The notes under the pieces were generated by a model. The model was not told the origin of the DNA, did no database searches, and saw only the letters and a list, made by a program, of their open reading frames with translations. Below, piece by piece: positions 1 to 10,085 of a DNA stretch of 64,000 bases. Made by a program: the position numbers and the translations under genes. The stretch is from Escherichia phage UE-M3. The number at the start of each line of letters is the position of its first letter. Position 1 is the stretch's first letter. The DNA is taken from the sequence record PP301342.1. One strand, given 5' to 3'.

Positions 1-4
1 TCTT

Positions 5-2359
5 ATGAACGAAATGTTCTCACAAGGTGGTAAAGGCTCCACTGGTATTCTTACCAACAAACAAGCCATTGCCCGTAAGTTTGGTGTTAAGCAGAATGAG
101 GTTGTTTACTTTGCTGTAGGTGTAGACTTAGGGGAATACAAGGTCATTTATGATAAGACTACCCAGCGAGCTTACTCATTACCTGCAGACCTTGGTTCAG
201 GGGTTACTGCTGTAAGCCTTAATACTGCCGGTGTGTTAGTTCACTCTACTGGTAATGTTGACCTGGGTGCACTAGCTGTTTCACGAGGAGAGTTTATAAC
301 AGTCCCTGGGTCCTTCTCTTTGGGTTATGAGATTAAAGTAAAGAATGAATGTCTTGAATACCAGGGTGGGTTGTATCGATGGGATGGCGCACTGCCAAAG
401 GTTGTAGATGCTGGGTCTGTTCCTGATATTGGTACAGGAAAGTGGCTGAGCGTCGGTGATGCAGCCCTGCGCAGCCAGATTTCAGACCCGGATGGTGCGT
501 CCAGTTACCCTGAATTGCAGATGGCAAGATGGCGTGATGAGGGTGATGTTCGAGGCTGGGGTGCTAAAGGGGATGGTGTAACAGATAGTACGGAGAATAT
601 AGCTGCTTCACTAAATTCTCAAAAAGCTGTCGTAGCATCAGACGGTGTATTCTCTAGTTCTGGTATTAATAGTAATTACTGTAACTTAGACGGTAGAGGC
701 AGTGGTGTACTAAGTCACCGTTCAAGTACAGGTAACTACTTAGTATTTAACAATCTACGCTCAGGTCGCTTAAGTAATATTACGGTAGAAAGTAATAAGG
801 CGACCGATACCACTCAAGGGCAGCAGGTATCTCTTGCTGGTGGCAGTGATGTTACTATAAGTGATGTTAATTTCTCAAACGTTAAGGGCGCTGGTTTCAG
901 TTTAATCACATACCCTAATGATGCACCCTCTGATGGGCTTATGATTAAAGGCATTCGAGGTAGCTACTCCGGCTATGCTACTAATAAGGCGGCTGGATGC
1001 ATACATGCTGATTCCTCGGTTAACTCCCTCATAAATAACGTCATTGCTAAGAACTACCCTCAGTTCGGGGCTGTAGAACTGAAAGGTACAGCCAGTTATA
1101 ACATAGTCAGCAATGTTATAGGGGCAGACTGCCAGCATGTAACTTACAACGGTACAGAAGGGTCAATAGCTCCCTCTAACAACCTTATCAATGGGGTAGT
1201 GGCTAATAATCCTAAATATGCAGCGGTTGTTGCAGGCAAAGGTAGTACCAACTTAATCTCAGATGTGCTTGTAGATTTCTCAATCTCTGACGCTAGTCAG
1301 GCTCACGGTGTTACAGTAGAAGGCTCTGATAACGTAATAAGCAATGTGCTTATGTCAGGATGTGATGGTACTAACTCTTTAGGGCAAGCTCAAACTGCTA
1401 CAATTGCGCGCTTTATAGATACAGCTAATAACAACTATGCGTCTGTATTTCCTAGCTACAGTGCTACAGGTGTTATTACTTTCGAATCAGGTTCTACCCG
1501 TAACTTCGTAGAGGTAAAGCATCCGGGAAGGAGAAACGACCTTCTCAGTGCTACTGGTACTATTGAAGGTGCAGTTACTATTGACGGCACTAGTAATAGC
1601 AACGTAGTGCACGCACCTGCCTTAGGACAGTACATAGGTAGTATGTCAGGTCGGTTCGAATGGCGGATTAAGTCCATGTCACTTCCGTCAGGCGTTCTTA
1701 CCTCGGCTGATAAATACAGAATGCTTGGGGATGGTGCTGTGTCATTAGCTGTAGGCGGGGGTACTTCTTCTCAAGTTCGCCTATTTACTTCTGATGGTAC
1801 TTCTCGGAAAGTATCACTCACCAACGGTAACGTGCGTCTTCCTACCAGTAGCACAGGTTATTTGCAGTTAGGTTCTGATGCAATGACCCCAGATAGTACT
1901 AATACATACGCATTAGGTTCCGCAAGTAGAGCATGGTCTGGCGGTTTTACTCAATCAGCATTCACTGTTGTCTCAGATGCTAGGGATAAAACAGAGCCTC
2001 TTAATATCTCAGATGCTTTACTGGATGCTTGGTCTGAAGTTGACTTTGTGCAGTTTCAGTACTTGGACAGGATTGAGGAGAAGGGTGCAGACTCAGCCAG
2101 ATGGCACTTTGGTATCATCGCTCAGCGAGCTAAGGAGGCTTTCGAACGTCACGGCATAGATGCACATCGCTATGGCTTCCTGTGCTTCGACAGTTGGGAT
2201 GATGTATATGAGGAAGATGCCAATGGCTCTCGTAAACTGATTACACCAGCAGGTTCCCGCTACGGTATTCGTTACGAGGAAGTACTGATATTAGAAGCTG
2301 CGTTGATGCGGCGTACTATTAAGCGTATGCAGGAAGCATTAGCTGTTATGTCTAAGTGA
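5..2359 (+). CDS. Tail fibre/tailspike, probably 5-prime truncated at window edge; C-terminal intramolecular chaperone (peptidase S74-like) domain from ~1973
   Basis: 784-aa ORF; repetitive beta-helix-like Gly/Asn/Ser/Thr-rich core; C-terminal SDARDK...WHFGIIAQRAKEAF motif typical of self-cleaving chaperone domains of endosialidase/L-shaped tail fibres; open frame continues to position 2. Confidence 0.7.
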   Translation: MNEMFSQGGKGSTGILTNKQAIARKFGVKQNEVVYFAVGVDLGEYKVIYDKTTQRAYSLPADLGSGVTAVSLNTAGVLVHSTGNVDLGALAVSRGEFITVPGSFSLGYEIKVKNECLEYQGGLYRWDGALPKVVDAGSVPDIGTGKWLSVGDAALRSQISDPDGASSYPELQMARWRDEGDVRGWGAKGDGVTDSTENIAASLNSQKAVVASDGVFSSSGINSNYCNLDGRGSGVLSHRSSTGNYLVFNNLRSGRLSNITVESNKATDTTQGQQVSLAGGSDVTISDVNFSNVKGAGFSLITYPNDAPSDGLMIKGIRGSYSGYATNKAAGCIHADSSVNSLINNVIAKNYPQFGAVELKGTASYNIVSNVIGADCQHVTYNGTEGSIAPSNNLINGVVANNPKYAAVVAGKGSTNLISDVLVDFSISDASQAHGVTVEGSDNVISNVLMSGCDGTNSLGQAQTATIARFIDTANNNYASVFPSYSATGVITFESGSTRNFVEVKHPGRRNDLLSATGTIEGAVTIDGTSNSNVVHAPALGQYIGSMSGRFEWRIKSMSLPSGVLTSADKYRMLGDGAVSLAVGGGTSSQVRLFTSDGTSRKVSLTNGNVRLPTSSTGYLQLGSDAMTPDSTNTYALGSASRAWSGGFTQSAFTVVSDARDKTEPLNISDALLDAWSEVDFVQFQYLDRIEEKGADSARWHFGIIAQRAKEAFERHGIDAHRYGFLCFDSWDDVYEEDANGSRKLITPAGSRYGIRYEEVLILEAALMRRTIKRMQEALAVMSK

Positions 2360-2437
2360 GTAATACTGGTACGGTTAGATCAGTAGAGTTGGTTAACAGT
2401 AGCCTACGTACTACCAGGCTATTACTTATCTAGGTAT

Positions 2438-2468
2438 AAAACCCCGCTCAGGCGGGGTTTGTTTTTAT
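2438..2468. terminator. Bidirectional rho-independent terminator between convergent genes
   Basis: ccccgc-tcag-gcgggg stem-loop flanked by A-run and followed by tttgttttta. Confidence 0.6.
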
Positions 2469-2484
2469 CTATTAATAATATTTC

Positions 2485-3111
2485 TTATATAGAGTTTACT
2501 GTTTGCATTGCCCTAATTGATACTGCTGTTAGGGTAATTACTTGTCCTGAGATATTAAACATACCTAACTGAATACCGTCTACCATGAAAGGGTCAGTTG
2601 AACCAAGTGTGTAAGTAGCCAGTACGTTATCTCTGTTAGCAATGTCTGTACCCTGTACTTTAACACTAGCATCTGAACCTACTATCGTAATTCCATTGGT
2701 TCGTCTTGTTTGTGTTCTCCATTCCCTTGCTGTACCTGCACCACCTGCAATAATTCCTGATATACGAACACTGAACATTACCTGGGTATTCCTGGTTCTA
2801 ATGGGGAACTTAAGATTTCCTTCTTCAATTGTTAGTGCTGCTGTACCTCCAGGTGATTTAGTTATCCCTGGTAATGAAAAGTAATTGAACCAGGATTGGT
2901 CATTTACTGCCTGGCTCCCGGTCCATGTATACAAGTCCAGAAGAAATGTGTCTTCTAACTCTGTTGGTGGGAAAGGTAGTAGTTCTGGGGGGATCTCTGA
3001 GATGTTATTAGCAGAAACTATTCGTTCCCCATAACTTCCCACGACCAACAATCCCCCCTTCATTTTGCACACAACATCCCTACCACTTTGGAAAATATCT
3101 TTAATAGACAT
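2485..3111 (-). CDS. Hypothetical beta-rich protein, opposite orientation to surrounding late genes (possible tail/receptor-binding accessory)
   Basis: ORF track 2485..3138 starts at GTG; ATG at 3111 has GAGGT Shine-Dalgarno 5 nt upstream; no recognisable motif. Confidence 0.5.
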   Translation of the reverse strand: MSIKDIFQSGRDVVCKMKGGLLVVGSYGERIVSANNISEIPPELLPFPPTELEDTFLLDLYTWTGSQAVNDQSWFNYFSLPGITKSPGGTAALTIEEGNLKFPIRTRNTQVMFSVRISGIIAGGAGTAREWRTQTRRTNGITIVGSDASVKVQGTDIANRDNVLATYTLGSTDPFMVDGIQLGMFNISGQVITLTAVSIRAMQTVNSI

Positions 3112-3235
3112 AGTTACCTCGCAGTTGATACCAGACACTATGTCTGGATGTATCCCATCATACTAAGTATTATCTAAGAGTCATCTTATGATACGACCCT
3201 ATTGGGGTTCTTAACTTTACAACTACGGTAATATT

Positions 3236-3565
3236 ATGAATGAATCGGGCGAACTGCTTCTAGTCAGACTGGAGGAACGATTGAAGACTCTGTTTGAGAA
3301 TCAGACGAGAGACAGACAGGACCGTGAGAAACTGGAGGAAACTCTGGGAGAATTACGGGATTCAATCAATGACATAGGCAATAGACTAAAAAATGTGGAG
3401 GATAGCTTAGCTAAGAATGAACCTACTATTGAAGAGTTCATCACCATTAAGCATAAAGTTGTTGGTGCTGGAATTTTTGGTAAGTGGGTATGGGCTGGAG
3501 CAGGTGCAATTATTGGTGTATTGGCTGCTGCAAGACGGGAGATATTCGCATGGTTCGCAGGCTAA
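3236..3565 (+). CDS. Coiled-coil protein with C-terminal transmembrane segment (lysis-associated? antiholin/regulator candidate)
   Basis: 109 aa; charged helical N-terminus, C-terminal GAGIFGKWVWAGAGAIIGVLAAA hydrophobic segment; directly upstream of holin/endolysin. Confidence 0.4.
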   Translation: MNESGELLLVRLEERLKTLFENQTRDRQDREKLEETLGELRDSINDIGNRLKNVEDSLAKNEPTIEEFITIKHKVVGAGIFGKWVWAGAGAIIGVLAAARREIFAWFAG

Positions 3566-3810
3566 AAAGAAAAGTAGAGTTAGTACCTAACTGGAAAAGG
3601 TGTTGGAAGTGGGCATCCATTCAGATTAGTACACTTGGTTTAGTTCTATTTTCCGCTATAGATATTATCCAACCAATGGTGACAGGATTACCTCGTCACA
3701 TCTTGGAAGATATTCCCCATGGTTCCAATATTGCAATCGCACTGTTTGCCTTAAACATCATAGGCAGATTAATACGATTCCGACCAAAGGAAGATTCACA
3801 TGAAAGCTAA
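3550..3810 (+). CDS. Holin candidate (two predicted TM helices)
   Basis: ATG at 3550 in frame of ORF 3484..3810; hydrophobic segments ISTLGLVLFSAIDII and IAIALFALNIIGRLI; overlaps endolysin start. Confidence 0.45.
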   Translation: MVRRLKRKVELVPNWKRCWKWASIQISTLGLVLFSAIDIIQPMVTGLPRHILEDIPHGSNIAIALFALNIIGRLIRFRPKEDSHES

Positions 3811-4435
3811 ACAGAAACTTGCTGCAAAAGGTGGTGCAGTGGGAGGGGTTATCGCTGCTATTCTGGGGGCAGTGTTCTATATGGAAGGAGGTTATGTAAA
3901 CAATCCTCGTGACCCAGGTGGGGAAACTAATCATGGTATTACCCAATCAGTAGCTAAGACTCATAAAGAAGTTCTGGCTACTGAGTATGGTTGGGATGGT
4001 TCTATGAAGGGTTTATCTAAAGAGATGGCTGCTGAGATATACATTGATGACTATGTACTTAAACCTAACTTCGTAGCCTTCGCTGATATATCTCCTGCTG
4101 TAACGCATAAGCTAGTAGATGCTGGTGTTAATACTGGTGTAACCCGTCCTGCTAAGTGGTTGCAGATGTCTCTTAATGAAATGTCACGTAATGGCAAAGA
4201 CTACCCTAAAATACAGGTTGATGGTAAAGTCGGTACAAGTACTGTTAATGCATATAAAGCATTACAGAAAAAACGGGGCAAAGTTGCAGCATGTCAGGTA
4301 ATGATTAAGCTGCTTGATGCTAAACAACTGAACCACTATACCTCATTAAACATGCCAGACTTTACGTATGGTTGGGTAGCTAACCGAATAGGCAATGTGC
4401 CACTGGAGGCATGTAATGAAGATGCTAATCTCTAA
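3800..4435 (+). CDS. Endolysin, GH108-type N-acetylmuramidase, with Gly/Ala-rich weakly hydrophobic N-terminus (possible SAR signal)
   Basis: GGYVNNPRDPGGETNHGIT motif characteristic of GH108; AAGGAAG Shine-Dalgarno upstream of ATG 3800; size as recalled for N4 gp61 (208 aa). Confidence 0.8.
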   Translation: MKAKQKLAAKGGAVGGVIAAILGAVFYMEGGYVNNPRDPGGETNHGITQSVAKTHKEVLATEYGWDGSMKGLSKEMAAEIYIDDYVLKPNFVAFADISPAVTHKLVDAGVNTGVTRPAKWLQMSLNEMSRNGKDYPKIQVDGKVGTSTVNAYKALQKKRGKVAACQVMIKLLDAKQLNHYTSLNMPDFTYGWVANRIGNVPLEACNEDANL

Positions 4436-4922
4436 AGGTTGGCCTTATCTTCTGGTGGTGGTCCTTGGGGCCACCATTTACTTTTGGGGCAATTCCAATG
4501 GGCAGTCTACTGTTCAAAAGAAATGGGATGCCCAAAAGGTCGAAGACCAAAAGGCAACGCAAAAATTACAGGACAAATACAATGCTCTCCAAAGAAACCA
4601 TAGTTATGAAGTCGGGTTACTCACTTCCCGGTTGCAGACGGCTGAGAGTAATTACGCAAGCGAGCTTGCTCGCGTTAGCAGTGATTACGACAGCCGGATG
4701 CAACAGTCTGAAAGACGAGCATCGGTATATAAACGTCAAGCCGAAGCCGGAACCCTTGAGTGCAGAAGTCTTGCAAGCCATGCAGCCAGACTCGACAATA
4801 GTCTTGAAGAAGGCAGACGTTTGGTTGAAGAACTCCGGGCAACTGTTAGACTCCGTGACAGCCAACTAATTGAGTTGGGTAAACAGATTCAGGCTGACCG
4901 TAAACTTTTTGAACAGGAATAA
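4416..4922 (+). CDS. i-spanin (Rz-like): N-terminal TM anchor then coiled-coil periplasmic domain
   Basis: ATG 4416 with GGAGG 6 nt upstream; [19 protein letters not shown]; Q/E/R-rich helical remainder; position immediately after endolysin. Confidence 0.6.
   Translation: MKMLISKGWPYLLVVVLGATIYFWGNSNGQSTVQKKWDAQKVEDQKATQKLQDKYNALQRNHSYEVGLLTSRLQTAESNYASELARVSSDYDSRMQQSERRASVYKRQAEAGTLECRSLASHAARLDNSLEEGRRLVEELRATVRLRDSQLIELGKQIQADRKLFEQE
4606..4869 (+). CDS. o-spanin (Rz1-like) lipoprotein embedded in +1 frame inside the i-spanin gene
   Basis: Frame +1 ORF wholly inside 4416..4922; signal-like [32 protein letters not shown] with lipobox-like TAGC then Pro-rich mature part; alternative start 4582. 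Confidence 0.5.
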   Translation: MKSGYSLPGCRRLRVITQASLLALAVITTAGCNSLKDEHRYINVKPKPEPLSAEVLQAMQPDSTIVLKKADVWLKNSGQLLDSVTAN

Positions 4923-4924
4923 CT

Positions 4925-7195
4925 ATGGAACACCAAGACACTTTTAAGCCTTTACCAGACCCGGCTCAATCAGAGAAGTTAACGGACTGGAAGAAGGAAC
5001 CAAGTATCCAATTACTGAAGGGTGATTTGGAATCTGCTAAACCTGCTCACGATGCAATCATGGCACAGATTCGTGAGTGGAATGATTTAATGGAAGTAAA
5101 GGGTAAGGCTAAACCCCCAAAGGTTAAGGGACGCTCGCAAGTCCAGCCTAGACTGGTTCGCCGTCAGGCAGAGTGGCGTTATGCTCCATTGTCTGAACCA
5201 TTCCTCTCGTCTAACAAACTATTTAAGGTAACTCCGGTTACTTTTGAAGATGAGTTAGCTGCACGCCAGAATGAGCTAGTTCTTAACTACCAATTCCGTA
5301 CTCAGCTTAATAAAGTAAAACTGGTAGATGATTACGTGCATAGTGTCGTAGATGACGGTACTGGTATTGCTCGTATTGGTTGGGAACGTAAGACAGTTAA
5401 GATTAAAACAGAAACACCAGTCTTCCAGTTGTACCCAATTGAGAACCAGGAACAAGCAGATATTCTTCAGCAGGCTTTGCAGCTTCAGGCAGAGAATCCT
5501 CGTGAGTATGATGAAACGATGCCAGAAGATATTAAGGAAGCTGTTAACTACTTCAATGAAACTGGAGAAGCTACTTATGCAATTCAGACAGGGGTCACTG
5601 AAGTAGAAGTAGAAAAAGCACTGGTTAACAGACCTACCGTTGAAATGCTTAATCCTAATAACGTAGTTATTGACCCAAGCTGTAATGGTGATTTGGACAA
5701 GGCTCTTTATGCAGTCATCTCATTTGAGACTTGTAAAGCAGACCTCATGAAAAACAAGGACCGTTACCACAACCTGGATAAGATTGACTGGGAAAGTTCC
5801 AGTCCTATGACTGACCCAGACCATGAAAGTAAAACTCCAGGTGACTTCCAGTTTAAGGATGCACTTCGCAAGAAAGTAATTGCTTATGAGTACTGGGGAT
5901 TCTACGACATTAACGATGATGGTTCGCTGGAACCAATTGTTGCTACCTGGATTGGTTCTACTCTTATTCGTATGGAGAAGAACCCATTCCCAGATGGTAA
6001 GTTACCATTGGTAGTTGTTCCTTATATGCCTCGTAAACGTGAACTCTATGGTGAAGCTGATGCTGAATTGCTAGGAGATAACCAAGCAATTCTTGGTGCA
6101 ACCATGCGTGGGATGATTGACCTGTTGGGCCGAAGTGCAAATGGTCAACGTGGTTATCCTAAAGGGATGTTAGATACCCTGAACCGTCGTCGATACGATG
6201 ATGGACAAGACTACGAATATAACCCAATGCAGGGCAATCCTAGTCAGGCCATTATGGAACACAAGTTCCCTGAGTTACCCCAGTCGGCAATAGTAATGAC
6301 TCAGATGCAAAACCAGGAAGCAGAAGCACTAACGGGTGTTAAAGCATTCTCGGGTGGTGTAACTGGTGAAGCTTACGGAGATGTAGCTGCTGGTATTCGT
6401 GGTGTACTAGATGCAGCATCCAAACGTGAGATGGCAATCCTTCGTCGATTAGCTAAGGGTATGGCAGACATTGGTACTAAGATTTGTGCAATGAATGCTG
6501 TGTTCTTATCTGAGAAAGAAGTAGTACGTATTACTAACGAGCAGTACGTAGAGATTAACCGTGAAGACCTTAAAGGTAATTTCGACATTGAAGTTGATAT
6601 TAATACTGCTGAGATTGATAACCAGAAATCCCAGGACTTGAGCTTCATGGTTCAAACGTTAGGTAATACGGTTGACCAGACTATTACGTTATCTCTTGTA
6701 GCTAAGATTGCAGAACTTAAACGTATGCCAGACCTTGCTCATGAGTTACGTACATGGCAACCACAACCAGACCCTATGGAAGAACAGCTTAAGCAATTGG
6801 CAATTCAGAAAGCACAGCTTGAGAACGAAGAGCTGCAAAGTAAGATTGCACTCAATATGGCTAAGGCTAAAGAGGCTGCTTCTAGTGGTGACCTTAAAGA
6901 TCTGGATTATCTGGAACAGGAATCTGGTACTAAACATGCTCGTGACATGGAAAAACAAAAAGCACAATCCCAAGGAAACCAAAACCTTCAGATAACTAAG
7001 GCGTTGACAACACCTACTAAAGAAGGTGAAACTACCCCCAACATATCTGCTGCTGTTGGATATAACGCTTTGACTAACGGGAACTCTATACCAGAACGTG
7101 ACTTAGCTGCACAACAAGACCCAGCTTATTCACTTAGTTCCCAATTCTATGACCCTAGCCAAGACCCAGCATCGGCTCTTGGCATGAACTTGTAA
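4925..7195 (+). CDS. Portal protein
   Basis: 756 aa, AGGA Shine-Dalgarno; size and position (upstream of capsid gene) match N4 gp59-like portal as recalled (~760 aa). Confidence 0.75.
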   Translation: MEHQDTFKPLPDPAQSEKLTDWKKEPSIQLLKGDLESAKPAHDAIMAQIREWNDLMEVKGKAKPPKVKGRSQVQPRLVRRQAEWRYAPLSEPFLSSNKLFKVTPVTFEDELAARQNELVLNYQFRTQLNKVKLVDDYVHSVVDDGTGIARIGWERKTVKIKTETPVFQLYPIENQEQADILQQALQLQAENPREYDETMPEDIKEAVNYFNETGEATYAIQTGVTEVEVEKALVNRPTVEMLNPNNVVIDPSCNGDLDKALYAVISFETCKADLMKNKDRYHNLDKIDWESSSPMTDPDHESKTPGDFQFKDALRKKVIAYEYWGFYDINDDGSLEPIVATWIGSTLIRMEKNPFPDGKLPLVVVPYMPRKRELYGEADAELLGDNQAILGATMRGMIDLLGRSANGQRGYPKGMLDTLNRRRYDDGQDYEYNPMQGNPSQAIMEHKFPELPQSAIVMTQMQNQEAEALTGVKAFSGGVTGEAYGDVAAGIRGVLDAASKREMAILRRLAKGMADIGTKICAMNAVFLSEKEVVRITNEQYVEINREDLKGNFDIEVDINTAEIDNQKSQDLSFMVQTLGNTVDQTITLSLVAKIAELKRMPDLAHELRTWQPQPDPMEEQLKQLAIQKAQLENEELQSKIALNMAKAKEAASSGDLKDLDYLEQESGTKHARDMEKQKAQSQGNQNLQITKALTTPTKEGETTPNISAAVGYNALTNGNSIPERDLAAQQDPAYSLSSQFYDPSQDPASALGMNL

Positions 7196-7208
7196 GGCAG
7201 ACCTTCAC

Positions 7209-7553
7209 ATGAGTAAAGAATCAACAATCGCTGGACTGGAACATCGACTGGAAGCTGCTAAAGGTGCAGTTGCACACGCAGAAGATGTACGTAAACTTCT
7301 GGAGAATCCACTGTTCCGTAAAGTAATTCTTCGCCAGTTCTGTGTAGAAGATTGTGCACGTTACGTGCAGGAGTCTGGTGACCCACTGCTTGAACCAAAT
7401 AACCGTGCAGATGCACTTAACATGGCTCAAGCTGCTGGTCACTTACGTCGTTGGCTCGACCTCGCCATTCGTATGGGCGAAAACGAAGCTGACGTTATTC
7501 TTCAGGTAGAAGAAGAACTCGATGCAGTTCGTGCTGAACCTGAAGATGAATAA
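7209..7553 (+). CDS. Hypothetical virion-module protein
   Basis: 114-aa ORF between portal and scaffold-like gene, same strand, tight spacing. Confidence 0.5.
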   Translation: MSKESTIAGLEHRLEAAKGAVAHAEDVRKLLENPLFRKVILRQFCVEDCARYVQESGDPLLEPNNRADALNMAQAAGHLRRWLDLAIRMGENEADVILQVEEELDAVRAEPEDE

Positions 7554-7572
7554 TTAACCGGAGATATTTCCT

Positions 7573-8793
7573 ATGACTACGGAAGCTGCAACCACAGCTT
7601 CCGACATTCTCGCAATGTCGGATGATGAGATTCTGAATATGGAAGCCCCAGCAGTTATCGCTGAGGAAGATACTTCCACTCAGAACAACCCAGAAACCAA
7701 CGGCGTACAGACTCCTGATGAAGAAGTTGACCCCTCTGCTGTTGAAGACCTACCAACCGAAGAAACCTCCCCTGAAACCGAACCAGTTGAAGAAGATGCA
7801 GCAAATTCTTTAACTTCTGATAAAGTTGATGATAAAGTTGTTGACACAGAAGTTGATAGTAACGGTAAGCCGATTACTAAAGCTGAACCTTCTACTGCTG
7901 AACCCGGCCAGGAACAGAAAGAAGAAGGCAAACAGTCTGAAGGTCTGCCTGCTGACTTCAACTATAAGGAAGGTTATGAGAAGTTGATGGCTCCTTTTAA
8001 AGCTAACGGCAAAATGATTACTCCCCGTTCACCGGAGGAGGCCATTAGCCTGATGCAGATGGGTGCTAACTATACTCGTAAGATGCAAGAACTTCAGCCG
8101 TACCGTAAGGTAATGCTGATGTTACAGAACAACGGTTTAATGGATGAGGACAAACTCTCTTTCCTGATTGACCTGGATAAGAAGAATCCTGAGGCCATTA
8201 AGAAGTTGCTCAAAGACTCTGGTACAGACCCTCTGGACTTTAACCCAGATGAGGAAATTAACTACCAGGGTGGCAATCACCGTGTTACCGACACCGAAGC
8301 AGATTTTGCAACCGAAATTGACGACTTAAAGTCTACTCAAGAAGGACAAGCTACATTAGGTGTTATTGGCTCGACATGGGATGCTGCCAGTAAAGATGCT
8401 CTTTATCAGAATCGTGGCTTACTCCATACGATTCACGAACAGCGTGAGAATGGTATTTATGACACCATTGCTAACGAAGTGAATCGTCTTCAGATGTTAG
8501 GTCAGATTCCGGTAGGTACTCCGTTTATTCAGGCTTATAACTACGTTGGTAATCTCCTTGCACAACAGGGAGCATTTAACCAAGTAGCTAAGCCTGAACC
8601 GGTACAAGCAGTTAAACCAGCGGTTCAGCCGGTAGTGCGTGTAGCACAACCTAAGCAGACTCTGGCTAACAACGAGCAAGCTAAAGCAGCTTCCCTTAAT
8701 CGGGCTGCTACACGCAAAGCAACACCTATTGTAAACCCACTCGCCATGAGTGATGAAGATTTCGCTAAACTCCCAGTACCGGGTAGTCTTTAA
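7573..8793 (+). CDS. Acidic structural/scaffolding-like protein
   Basis: 406 aa; highly acidic low-complexity N-terminus (E/D/P/T-rich); located immediately upstream of major capsid protein gene. Confidence 0.5.
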   Translation: MTTEAATTASDILAMSDDEILNMEAPAVIAEEDTSTQNNPETNGVQTPDEEVDPSAVEDLPTEETSPETEPVEEDAANSLTSDKVDDKVVDTEVDSNGKPITKAEPSTAEPGQEQKEEGKQSEGLPADFNYKEGYEKLMAPFKANGKMITPRSPEEAISLMQMGANYTRKMQELQPYRKVMLMLQNNGLMDEDKLSFLIDLDKKNPEAIKKLLKDSGTDPLDFNPDEEINYQGGNHRVTDTEADFATEIDDLKSTQEGQATLGVIGSTWDAASKDALYQNRGLLHTIHEQRENGIYDTIANEVNRLQMLGQIPVGTPFIQAYNYVGNLLAQQGAFNQVAKPEPVQAVKPAVQPVVRVAQPKQTLANNEQAKAASLNRAATRKATPIVNPLAMSDEDFAKLPVPGSL

Positions 8794-8809
8794 ACAGGAA
8801 TAATACGAT

Positions 8810-10012
8810 ATGTTAAACTATAACGCTCCAATTGACGGTCAGAAATCTAGCATTGATGGTGCTGGTTCCGATCAGATGAATACCTTTTACTGGCTGAAGA
8901 AAGCTATTATTCAGTCTCGTAAAGACCAGTACTTCATGCCACTGGCTAACACCATTAACATGCCTAAGAACTATGGTAAGACTGTTAAGGTGTATGAGTA
9001 CGTTCCACTGCTCGACGATAAGAACATTAACGACCAGGGCATTGATGCTAATGGTGCTACCATCGTTAATGGTAACCTGTATGGTTCTTCTAAAGACGTA
9101 GGTAACATCACTTCCAAACTGCCTCTGCTGACAGAGAATGGTGGTCGTGTTAACCGTGTAGGCTTTACCCGTCTGTCTCGTGAAGGCTCCATCCATAAGT
9201 TCGGTTTCTTCTACGAATTTACCCAAGAGTCCCTGGACTTTGATTCTGATGATCAACTGAAAGAACACCTGTCTCGCGAACTGATGAACGGTGCTGTACA
9301 GTTGACTGAAGCTGTTCTCCAGAAAGACCTGCTTGCTGCTGCTGGTACTGTATTGTATGCAGGTGCTGCTACTTCTGATGCTACCATCACCGGTGAAGGT
9401 TCTACTCCGTCTGTAGTTTCTTATAAGAACCTGATGCGTCTTGACCAGATTCTTACTGAGAACCGTACCCCGACTCAGACTACTATTATCACTGGTTCTA
9501 AACTGACTGATACCAAAGTACTTGGTGGTACTCGTGTAATGTACGTTGGTTCTGAATTGGTTCCAGAACTGAAAGCGATGAAAGATCTGTTCGGTAACAA
9601 AGCATTCATCGAAATTCAGCACTATGCTGATGCCGGTACTCTGATGAATGGTGAAGTTGGTTGTATCGACAAGTTCCGTATTATCCAGGTTCCTGAGATG
9701 CTGCATTGGGCAGGTGCTGGTGCTCAGGCTACTTCTAACCCAGGCTATCGTTCTACTATGGTTGGTGGTCAGGAACACTACGACGTATTCCCGATGCTGG
9801 TAGTTGGTGATGACTCCTTCTCTACCATTGGCTTCCAGACTGATGGTAAGTCTGTTAAGTTCTCCATCATGACTAAGATGCCTGGTAAAGAAACTGCTGA
9901 CCGTAATGACCCGTATGGTGAAACTGGCTTCAGTTCTATCAAGTGGTACTACGGTATCCTGGTTAAACGCCCAGAACGTCTGGCTATGATTAAGACTGTT
10001 GCTCCTCTGTAA
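8810..10012 (+). CDS. Major capsid protein
   Basis: 400 aa (N4 gp56 recalled as ~401 aa); strong codon bias (long antisense ORF artefact 8813..10030); followed by stable hairpin. Confidence 0.8.
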   Translation: MLNYNAPIDGQKSSIDGAGSDQMNTFYWLKKAIIQSRKDQYFMPLANTINMPKNYGKTVKVYEYVPLLDDKNINDQGIDANGATIVNGNLYGSSKDVGNITSKLPLLTENGGRVNRVGFTRLSREGSIHKFGFFYEFTQESLDFDSDDQLKEHLSRELMNGAVQLTEAVLQKDLLAAAGTVLYAGAATSDATITGEGSTPSVVSYKNLMRLDQILTENRTPTQTTIITGSKLTDTKVLGGTRVMYVGSELVPELKAMKDLFGNKAFIEIQHYADAGTLMNGEVGCIDKFRIIQVPEMLHWAGAGAQATSNPGYRSTMVGGQEHYDVFPMLVVGDDSFSTIGFQTDGKSVKFSIMTKMPGKETADRNDPYGETGFSSIKWYYGILVKRPERLAMIKTVAPL

Positions 10013-10025
10013 TAGTCCGAAATAA

Positions 10026-10055
10026 AACAAGGGGGACTAATGTCCCCCTCTTAAT
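10026..10055 (+). terminator. Stable hairpin downstream of capsid gene (terminator/attenuator)
   Basis: agggggac-taat-gtccccct 8-bp GC-rich stem; the U-tract is better on the opposite strand, so + strand termination may be partial. Confidence 0.45.
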
Positions 10056-10085
10056 AAAACTGAATGAACCACAGGAAATATGAAC

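Noticed and set aside
3484-3549. N-terminal extension of holin ORF (track start 3484)
   Set aside because: Would overlap the upstream gene by 82 nt and add a Cys/Trp-rich non-protein-like leader; the internal ATG at 3550 gives a typical two-TM holin size.
8813-10030. 405-aa ORF on the minus strand spanning the whole major capsid gene
   Set aside because: Low-complexity, Ser/Thr/Asn-rich translation with no start context; long antisense frames are a common artefact of strongly codon-biased genes. The + strand capsid ORF has a Shine-Dalgarno, operon context and expected size.
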